This document shows, in pieces, positions 1 to 6,955 of a DNA stretch of 64,000 bases. This stretch comes from an uncultured Clostridia bacterium. Its GTDB lineage: Bacteria; Bacillota; Clostridia; Christensenellales; DTU072. The stretch's first letter is position 1, and the number at the start of each line of letters is the position of its first letter. Below the pieces are notes generated by a model. It was not told where the DNA came from. It ran no database searches and was given only the letters and a program-made list of their open reading frames with translations. The stretch is from NCBI GenBank assembly GCA_944362765.1, contig CALVTP010000004.1, positions 2,250 to 66,249 of the forward strand. Reading direction: 5' to 3'. The position numbers were made by a program, and so were the translations under genes.

Positions 1-1
1 C

Positions 2-319
2 GATAACTATCCCGACGGCTACGAAGGAGATTACGATTTAAACACCTATCGCTATGTTGATAACGGCGGCGGGTTCGAATGGGTTTTCGACCCCGACTAC
101 ACCACCGACCCCGATGCACCGTTGTCCGTAGACGCGTTCCTTGACTTCTTCCGAAACATGGGATTGAACTTCACCGGTTTAGAGGAATCCTTATTCACGC
201 AATTAGGAAGGGTGTCGCTTGTCGGTAACGCGGACGGAAGCTATACTCTCACCGTGGGTGAGTGGGAGACCGTATTCGAAATCGGGCTTTCAACCGAAGA
301 GGAGATGTACGCCGAATAA
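2..319 (+). CDS. C-terminal fragment of an acidic hypothetical protein (starts before the window)
   Basis: Frame 2 is open from base 2 (DNYPDGYEGDY...) through the listed ORF 122..319 to TAA at 317-319. No recognisable motif. Confidence 0.6.
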   Translation, partial: DNYPDGYEGDYDLNTYRYVDNGGGFEWVFDPDYTTDPDAPLSVDAFLDFFRNMGLNFTGLEESLFTQLGRVSLVGNADGSYTLTVGEWETVFEIGLSTEEEMYAE

Positions 320-562
320 TCTTCATTAAAAGCGTCGGTTTTATCGGTGAGTTCGTGCGATTGCACGAAAATCGGCAATGAAGGCCGTCGGGCGGCGCAC
401 TGTTTCGGCATCATATCCGCCCGGTACATCAGCCGCAAAAAAGTTTCCGATTTAAAGCAAATACTACGACCGCCTGTCGGCAAAAGCCTTCGGGCGGTCA
501 TGTTTTACGGAGGAGACGCTTATTTTTCCGAGCGATATCTCCCCGATACACTCGCGCGGCGT

Positions 563-591
563 TTGACAGCGACGAATTTTTCGGGTATAAT
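563..591 (+). promoter_or_regulatory. sigmaA promoter of xpt
   Basis: TTGACA 563-568, 17-bp spacer, TATAAT 586-591; perfect consensus. Confidence 0.85.
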
Positions 592-620
592 TTATTCAAT
601 AACTACCAAAGAGGTTGAAG

Positions 621-1193
621 ATGAAACTTTTGGAGGACATGATTTTAAAGTATGGCGAGGTTCGTCCCGGGAACGTTTTGAAGGTGGACAGTTTTTTAAA
701 TCACCAAATTGACGTTAAATTGGTTGAAAAACTTGGGGAAGAGCTCTATAACGCCTTCAAAAAGGACAAAATCACCAAAGTTTTGACGATAGAATCCTCC
801 GGTATCGCCATCGCGATGATGACGGCGTTGAAGTTCGGAGTTCCGATGGTGTTCGCGAAAAAACGCAAGACCATCAATCTTTCCGACGACGTATATACCG
901 CACCCGTGCACAGCTATACCAACAACCGCGACTACGAAGTCATGGTCAGTAAGGACTATATCGATTCCGACGACGTTATTCTGATAGTTGACGACTTTTT
1001 GGCTAACGGTTGCGCATTGCGCGGCTTGGTGGATATCGCTCACCGTGCGGGAGCTGCCGTCGCCGGCGCCGGAATAGCCATAGAAAAGGGCTTCCAGGGG
1101 GGCGGAGACATGCTGCGCGCAGAGGGCTTGAAGGTGGTCTCCTTAGCCATCATCGAGCACATGACCGACGACTCCCTCGAATTCAGAAAATAA
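621..1193 (+). CDS. xpt: xanthine phosphoribosyltransferase
   Basis: LKVDSFLNHQID, KVLTIESSGI and the PRPP-binding motif ILIVDDFLANG. ATG 621 follows GAGGT. Confidence 0.93.
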   Translation: MKLLEDMILKYGEVRPGNVLKVDSFLNHQIDVKLVEKLGEELYNAFKKDKITKVLTIESSGIAIAMMTALKFGVPMVFAKKRKTINLSDDVYTAPVHSYTNNRDYEVMVSKDYIDSDDVILIVDDFLANGCALRGLVDIAHRAGAAVAGAGIAIEKGFQGGGDMLRAEGLKVVSLAIIEHMTDDSLEFRK

Positions 1194-1202
1194 CTCATTT
1201 TT

Positions 1203-1225
1203 AGCGGGCGTATCGCCTGCTTTTT
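1203..1225 (+). terminator. intrinsic terminator-like hairpin between xpt and folD
   Basis: AGCGGGCG-tat-CGCCTGCT followed by a T-run. Confidence 0.55.
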
Positions 1226-1243
1226 ATTAATTCGGAGGTGAAT

Positions 1244-2092
1244 ATGACCGATTACACCGATAAGATCCTGGACGGCAGAGCGGTAGCCAAACACATGGAG
1301 GCGGAAATTGCCCGAAAAATCGAACAGGAATTGGCGTCGGGCGCCGTAAGACCTGTGCTCGCTACTATAATAGTAGGGGAAAATCCTTCTTCCGTCACCT
1401 ACGTCAGGATGAAAGGGAACGCCTGTAAACGGGTCGGAATAGAACCGAGAAAAGTGGAACTTCCCGAAAACACCACTACTGAGGAACTCCTTTCCGTCAT
1501 CGACTCCCTGAACGCCGATCCCGACGTCTACGGCATACTCCTTCAGCATCCCGTACCGCGTTCCATCGACGAGCGCGCCTGCTTCGACAGAATTGCTCCC
1601 GAAAAGGACGTCGACGGCGTAGGCGTCAATTCTCTCGGGAAGACCGCTTTGGGGCTCCCCGGCTACCGCGCAGCCACCGCCAAAGCCATCATGAATATCC
1701 TGGAGTACTATAAAATCCCCCTTCAAGGAAAAGAAGCCGTCGTCATCGGCAGATCCCCGATACTCGGAAAGCCCGTTGCAATGCTGTTGTTGAATGCCGA
1801 TTGCACCGTCACCGTCACCCACACCAAAACGGTGGATATCGATAAAGTCGTCCGCCGAGCCGACATCGTCGTTGCCGCCTGCGGCGTGCCGCGATTCGTC
1901 AGACCCGAGTGGATAAAGCCCGGCGCAGTCGTCATAGACGCCGGATATAACGCGGGGAATGTCGGCGATGTCGATGAGGGAGCTTTCGAGAATGCGTCGT
2001 TGATGACTCCCGTACCCGGAGGAGTCGGTCCTGTCACAATCGCTTCTTTAATGCAGCAAACATTATTTTCTTTCTGCGATAGAAATAAATAG
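1244..2092 (+). CDS. folD: bifunctional methylenetetrahydrofolate dehydrogenase/cyclohydrolase
   Basis: YVRMKGNAC, GILLQHP, PEKDVDG, VIGRSPILGKP, TPVPGGVGPVT. RBS GGAGG 1234-1238 precedes ATG 1244. Confidence 0.95.
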   Translation: MTDYTDKILDGRAVAKHMEAEIARKIEQELASGAVRPVLATIIVGENPSSVTYVRMKGNACKRVGIEPRKVELPENTTTEELLSVIDSLNADPDVYGILLQHPVPRSIDERACFDRIAPEKDVDGVGVNSLGKTALGLPGYRAATAKAIMNILEYYKIPLQGKEAVVIGRSPILGKPVAMLLLNADCTVTVTHTKTVDIDKVVRRADIVVAACGVPRFVRPEWIKPGAVVIDAGYNAGNVGDVDEGAFENASLMTPVPGGVGPVTIASLMQQTLFSFCDRNK

Positions 2093-3304
2093 AGAAACGT
2101 TATTGCTCGCAAAATCGTTTATTTATAAAAAGCTTGTACCCCGTACGGGCTTTTTTCATAAGGAAAGACCTGATGCAGAAAGAAAAATGTTTGCTGCATG
2201 ACCCGCGTATCGGAACATATTTCACGGCACTTTCGGGCGAAAGAAACAAGTTTCCCGCAAGGGCTCCCTTGATTGTATGTCGATACTAATCGGCGGGAGT
2301 TTCGCCCGAAACCGCAGTCATTGATGCCTCCCGAGGCATAATTGCCTGCTTCGCCGCAAACTAACGCAATCCCGACATCAGTCTGTTTAAACAGCTTTTG
2401 CCTTTTGCTTGCCCCGATCCGCTCCGTACCCCGTACTTTACACGTTCGTCAACATATCGACGACTGTGTGTGATTTATATTGAGAGTTTGGTCGGTTGTA
2501 ACTTCTTTCTGCAAGAGAAATAAATAGAGAAACGTTATTGCACGCAAAGACGATATTGTGTAAAAAAGTTCGTACCCCGTACGAGCTTTTTTCATAAGGA
2601 AAAATATATGCAGAAAGAAAAATGTTTGCTGCATAAGCAAAGGACAGGAGCGAAGCGACTGTCCGTTTTGGAGCCAACTCTTATAATACCGAAGAGAAGG
2701 AAGAGATATAGTCTTAGAAAGATAGATTTTGCGGGTTATTAAAAATTTGTACATCAATTTTGCGGGGTCGTTATAAAACAACTTATACTATAAATTTAAG
2801 CGTAACAATGTTGACTATCGTGTAAAGTACGGGATACGGAGCGGATCGGGGCAAGCAAAAGGAATATAAGACGTTGGAGCAAGCATGAGCCTTGTTTGCG
2901 TTAGTTTGCGGCGAAGCAACCGGCGGAGGCGATAAAGCCTCTACCGGTTGCGGTTTCGGGCGAAATTGGCGAAGGGCTGTATCGACATACGCTCCGAGGC
3001 AACTCCCGTAGGGAGGAAACTTGTTTCTTTCGCCCGAAAGCGCCGTGAAATATGCCCCAAGCCGCGGCTATATAATTTTCTTCCCGCTCTATCCCTTCCT
3101 TATTGAAAAAGCTTATGCGTGCGTACAAGCTTTTCCATAAGGTTTTTCTTTGCGAGATATTAAAGTCCTCATACTCTAACTTTGCGGGAAGAAAATTATA
3201 AAAAATCGGTTGTAACTTCTTTCTGCAAGAGAAATAAATAGAGAAACGTTATTGCTCGCAAAAACGACATTGTGTAAAAAAGTTCGCCCGTTCGGGCGAA
3301 CTTT
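2051..3304. repeat. cluster 1 of modular palindromic repeats (modules X, P, Q, S, R), between convergent folD and sialidase
   Basis: X copies at 2066-2186, 2503-2619, 3071-3200 (inverted) and 3217-3304 (partial). P/Q at 2205-2456 (reverse) and 2808-3058 (forward). R at 2641-2734. All modules recur at 53379-56044. Confidence 0.92.
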
Positions 3305-3357
3305 CAAATGCGTTTAATTGATTCCGAGAGAAGTTTTATGGGCGCGGATTCGGGAAG

Positions 3358-4629
3358 CTACTTCAATTCGGAAAGGGAGAAGGTTGTGAATTTAATGTCT
3401 TCGTGCTTTGTGCAGTCTTCGAACAATACGGCGATTCTGCCGTCGGGGAGCTGAGCCGCGGAAGAATAAACGAATTCTCCGTCGGTTATCAACAGGCTGC
3501 GCGGGAAGGTCTTTCCGCCGTCGAAGGAAAGTCTTGCCGTTCCCAGGCGGCGTTTTTTAGGATCTGCCGCGTTGATGGTCAGAATTGCCTCTTTGCCGTT
3601 CTCCTCGACTCGTAAAGCTGTTATCTGACAGACGCATTGCGGTAGCTCCGGGTGAAGTTCGGGTTCCGTCCACGTTATGCCTGAATCGTTGGAACGGGAA
3701 ACCATAATCAAGCGTTTGGGATGATGATTCCTTAAAAACCATACCAATTCCCCGGAATCCAATTCGACTACCTGGCTTTCGGTAAGGTAAGTTCTCATCG
3801 GGAAAATCAAGGGGTTTTCTTTGCCGATATATCTGCCGCGGATAGGGGGCGTATCGGTGACCGACCAAGTCTTTCCGCCGTCGTCGGAGTAAATTAGGGC
3901 GGTAGTCAGTTTCATGGGCAGTTTGCCTAATCCGTAGTAAATCGGGAAAATCAATCTGCCGGCGTGCTCGCCGTGGCGCAGCTGAATTCCGTTTGCGGGA
4001 CCGGAGCCTATGAAGTGCCAGTTTTTGCCTTTTACCGAGGGGTTTAGCTCCAGGGGCTTTGACCAGGTTTTGCCGTGGTCGTCGGAACGTATCATCATCA
4101 GGAACGAAGTTTCGTACAGTTTATAGCCGCCTTCGCCGGTCAATACGTTGCCGCCGCTCCAGGTGCCGTCTTCGGCGACCGCATATTTTTCGGAGCCTGA
4201 CTCGTCGACCATTTCCCCGTCCTTCCACAAGAATTTTTTGCCGTTTCCGGTAACAAGCCTGGCGCCACCCGCATAGCCCGTCCCTTTCTTGCAGTTAAGA
4301 ATGCCGATACCCGCGGGGGTCATCGAATAGAGCATGAATACGGCGTCCTGCCGCTCGTCATAGAGCATGGCGGGGTCGATAGCCGCGGCGGAGTGCTTTT
4401 TGTCTTTACCGACCATTTTTACGGCGGTAATCTGCTCCGACCAGCTTTTTCCGCCGTCGGTAGAGATGCGGACGACCTTGTCGATGCGGTTCGGATTGTC
4501 GGCAGCGGTGAAAAAACGTTCGTCACAAGCTGCGACCAGAGTGCCGTCCTTCGTGCAGACGACGGAGGGAATGCGGTAGTTATCGGCATTGCCCGTAGCG
4601 CGTGAAAAAACAACGGAAAAATTATCCAT
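3358..4629 (-). CDS. exo-alpha-sialidase (GH33), no signal peptide
   Basis: YRIP motif near the N-terminus and five Asp-boxes (STDGGKSW, SDDHGKTW, SDDGGKTW, SNDSGITW, SFDGGKTF). Confidence 0.9.
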   Translation of the reverse strand: MDNFSVVFSRATGNADNYRIPSVVCTKDGTLVAACDERFFTAADNPNRIDKVVRISTDGGKSWSEQITAVKMVGKDKKHSAAAIDPAMLYDERQDAVFMLYSMTPAGIGILNCKKGTGYAGGARLVTGNGKKFLWKDGEMVDESGSEKYAVAEDGTWSGGNVLTGEGGYKLYETSFLMMIRSDDHGKTWSKPLELNPSVKGKNWHFIGSGPANGIQLRHGEHAGRLIFPIYYGLGKLPMKLTTALIYSDDGGKTWSVTDTPPIRGRYIGKENPLIFPMRTYLTESQVVELDSGELVWFLRNHHPKRLIMVSRSNDSGITWTEPELHPELPQCVCQITALRVEENGKEAILTINAADPKKRRLGTARLSFDGGKTFPRSLLITDGEFVYSSAAQLPDGRIAVLFEDCTKHEDIKFTTFSLSELK

Positions 4630-4714
4630 ATCAACCTCCTTTAAGCATTATACATTAAAATCGGCATTTTTTCAAGAGAATCCTATAAAAATAATCGATT
4701 GACAGGCGGGCTGC

Positions 4715-4743
4715 TTGCAAAACGTGCGTAGCTGTGGTAAAAT
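4715..4743 (+). promoter_or_regulatory. sigmaA promoter of the RimK-family locus
   Basis: TTGCAA, 17 bp, TG-extended TAAAAT. Confidence 0.6.
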
Positions 4744-4784
4744 GTTCAAATAGAAAACGCAAGTCCCGAACGGAGTTCACAATC

Positions 4785-5672
4785 ATGCAAAAAGCAGCCA
4801 TAATAATAAACGCATATCTTCGTCCGAAAAACGTCATACGACAAGCGGGACGGCTGTAAGAGGAGTTCGAAAAACGCGGAGTTTCGGCAGATATCATTCA
4901 AAATAACAGCTTTTTATGTCATTTGGAAGAGGACGGGGAAGTTTCCGTAAAGCTTGCCGGTTACGATTTTGTCGTCTATCTCGACAAAGATAAATACACG
5001 GCGCGGCTCCTGGAAAAGTCGGGCTTTTGCCTCTTCAACCGTTACGACGCGATAGAAAAATGCGACGACAAGATGACGACTGCTATCTTTCTTGCGGGAT
5101 CCGGGATACCGGTTCCGAAGACGCTCCCGGGGCTGTTGAGCTATTCCGAGGAGGACGAAATATCCGAAAAAAGTCTGAAAATCGTCGAAGAGGAGCTAGG
5201 ATATCCTATTATAATCAAGGGTTCCTACGGTTCGATGGGGCGTGAGGTCGACAAGGCGGACAACTTCTAGGAGCTTTTCCGCGCCGCAAAAAAATATCAA
5301 TTGAAACCGCACCTTTTTCAACGCTTTGTGTCGGAAAGCAGCGGCAGAGACATCCGCGTTGCGGTGATAGGAGGGAAAGCAATCCGGGCGATGGAGAGGC
5401 GCTCCGATATTGACTACCGCTCCAATATCGGGCTCGGTGCGGAAGGCGTTCCGTTCGATCCGCCCGCCGAAGTCGTCGAAATTGCCGAGAAGGCTGCCGT
5501 AATCTTGGGACTCGACTATTGCGGGGCGGATATTCTATTCGGTCGGCACGGTTATTACCTGACGGAAGTCAACTCCAATGCCTTTTTCGAAGGAATGGAG
5601 AAAGTCACCGGATGCAACATCGCCGCAGAATACGTCGATCACATCCTTTCAGAGGTCGGGAAGGGTAGGTAA
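4785..5672 (+). pseudogene. RimK-family ATP-grasp ligase interrupted by two in-frame stops
   Basis: One continuous frame from ATG 4785 with TAA 4857-4859 and TAG 5268-5270. Motifs CDDKMTT, IPVPKT, GYPIIIKGSYGSMG, DIRVAVIGG, DYRSNIGLG, CGADILF, EVNSN. Confidence 0.85.
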
Positions 5673-5747
5673 GTCTTGCGCTCCGGAAAGCTTTTCCGCT
5701 TTTTCAGGGAAGCGCTCGGGTGAGTATAAAAAAGCGATAAAAAACGC

Positions 5748-5776
5748 TTGATAAAATCGGCGGGGTGGTATATAAT
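5748..5776 (+). promoter_or_regulatory. sigmaA promoter of the DUF1858 gene/tRNA
   Basis: TTGATA, 17 bp, TATAAT. Confidence 0.7.
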
Positions 5777-5808
5777 AATTCATGACTTCACCAGGGAGGT
5801 TAAAAAGT

Positions 5809-6015
5809 ATGATAACCAAAGATATGGTCATCGGCGATGTGTTGGACAATGCAAAGAACCCCGAAGCGGTTGCCGAGGTTTTAATAGGACAATTCGGAAT
5901 GCATTGCCTGCAATGTCCCTGCTCCCGCAGCGAATCCATAGAGGAAGCCGCCATGGTGCACGGCGTGGACGCCGAAGTCATGGTCAAAGCGCTGAACGAA
6001 GCCGACAATAAATAA
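5809..6015 (+). CDS. DUF1858 (hybrid-cluster-associated redox) small protein
   Basis: [12 protein letters not shown]...[23 protein letters not shown] matches the family pattern; RBS GGAGG upstream. Confidence 0.85.
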   Translation: MITKDMVIGDVLDNAKNPEAVAEVLIGQFGMHCLQCPCSRSESIEEAAMVHGVDAEVMVKALNEADNK

Positions 6016-6032
6016 TCCGTTACAGTCAATAT

Positions 6033-6106
6033 TGGAGTATGGTGCAATGGTAGCACAAGGGACTCTGACCCCCTTGATGTAAGTTCGATTCTTACTACTC
6101 CTGCCA
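6033..6106 (+). tRNA. tRNA-Gln(CUG)
   Basis: Cloverleaf folded by hand: acceptor TGGAGTA/TACTCCT, D-stem GTGC/GCAC, anticodon loop CT-CTG-AC, T-arm GTAAG-TTCGATT-CTTAC, discriminator G, encoded CCA. Confidence 0.93.
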
Positions 6107-6109
6107 CTG

Positions 6110-6133
6110 ACCCGCCGAAAAGGCGGGTTTTTT
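6110..6133 (+). terminator. intrinsic terminator after the tRNA
   Basis: ACCCGCC-gaaaa-GGCGGGT followed by a T-run. Confidence 0.85.
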
Positions 6134-6217
6134 GATGCCGAAAACGGTTATTATCGATATTATCCGGCGATGCCGCCGGCGAAATCAAAACTTTGTAGAA
6201 AAATTTATATAAATCAG

Positions 6218-6246
6218 TTGACAAAAATTTACCGCCATTGTATATT
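6218..6246 (+). promoter_or_regulatory. sigmaA promoter of the RHH-clpB operon
   Basis: TTGACA, 17 bp, TATATT. Confidence 0.75.
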
Positions 6247-6268
6247 ATTATCGAAAAAGGAGGCGCAT

Positions 6269-6925
6269 ATGAAAAAGAGCATGTACAGCCTGATGCTGGC
6301 GGACGAAGTCGTAAAAGCCGTTGACGAATTGGCGGCAGAACAGGGCACCAACCGTTCCAACATGATAAATCAGATACTTGCCGAGCGGCTGGAGCTGGTC
6401 ACCCCCGAAAAGCATGTCGGGCAGATATTCGACGTCATCGGCACGCTGATGGGCGGGCGCGGAGAGTACAGGATGTACTCCGAACCGAACAATCTCACCA
6501 TGTCGATAAAAAGTGTTTTAAAGTATCATTACCGCCCGACTATCCGCTACGAGGTCGAAATGCAGCGCAGCTTTACATCGACCGTCGGACAGCTGAAAAT
6601 CCTTTTCAGGACGACTTCGTCGGAGCTTTTAATGGAACTTACGCGTTTTTTCGGCTTGTGGATCAAGCTTGAAGGAATATACCTGAAGGAGTACTTCGGT
6701 GACCTCTTTCCGCACTACGGAATGGAGCCCGGACGCTTCACGAGGACGTTTGTGTCGTACGGTGAAAGCACTTACTCCGATAACGAAATAGGGGACGCGA
6801 TAGGTAACTACGTCGCTACATTCGACGAGATATTGAAAGGGTATCTTTCCGGAGAGTACAGGACGATGGAAGATATCGAAAACAGGTATATCGGGTACCT
6901 GAACAGCGGCGTTCGGTTGATATAA
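6269..6925 (+). CDS. protein with an N-terminal CopG/ribbon-helix-helix-like domain
   Basis: MKKSMYSLMLADEVVKAVDELAAEQGTNRSNMINQILAERL fits a beta-alpha-alpha RHH pattern; strong RBS AAGGAGG. Confidence 0.7.
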   Translation: MKKSMYSLMLADEVVKAVDELAAEQGTNRSNMINQILAERLELVTPEKHVGQIFDVIGTLMGGRGEYRMYSEPNNLTMSIKSVLKYHYRPTIRYEVEMQRSFTSTVGQLKILFRTTSSELLMELTRFFGLWIKLEGIYLKEYFGDLFPHYGMEPGRFTRTFVSYGESTYSDNEIGDAIGNYVATFDEILKGYLSGEYRTMEDIENRYIGYLNSGVRLI

Positions 6926-6955
6926 CTGCAATTTTCTAAAAAGGAGGCGAGATAT

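Noticed and set aside
320-620. Purine riboswitch upstream of xpt
   Set aside because: The promoter lies ~30 bp from the start codon and no purine aptamer core was found. The hairpin at ~468-509 is upstream of the promoter and more likely ends the previous gene.
2449-2781. Minus-strand ORFs 2449..2781 and 53476..53712 sharing RKIYLSKTISLPSLRYYKSWLQNGQSLRSCP
   Set aside because: The shared peptide simply reflects DNA module R. Starts and flanks differ, there is no RBS, and the third copy has no listed ORF.
2901-3128. Minus-strand ORFs 2901..3128 and 55739..55930 with similar translations
   Set aside because: Shadows of module P. Conservation follows hairpin pairing, not codons.
4857-5270. Stop-codon reassignment or selenocysteine/pyrrolysine read-through in the RimK-like gene
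   Set aside because: Two different stops (TAA and TAG) are involved, and both serve as normal terminators elsewhere in the window.
6033-6170. tRNA as an integration site for a genomic island
   Set aside because: No integrase, no duplicated tRNA 3' end noticed, and housekeeping genes follow.
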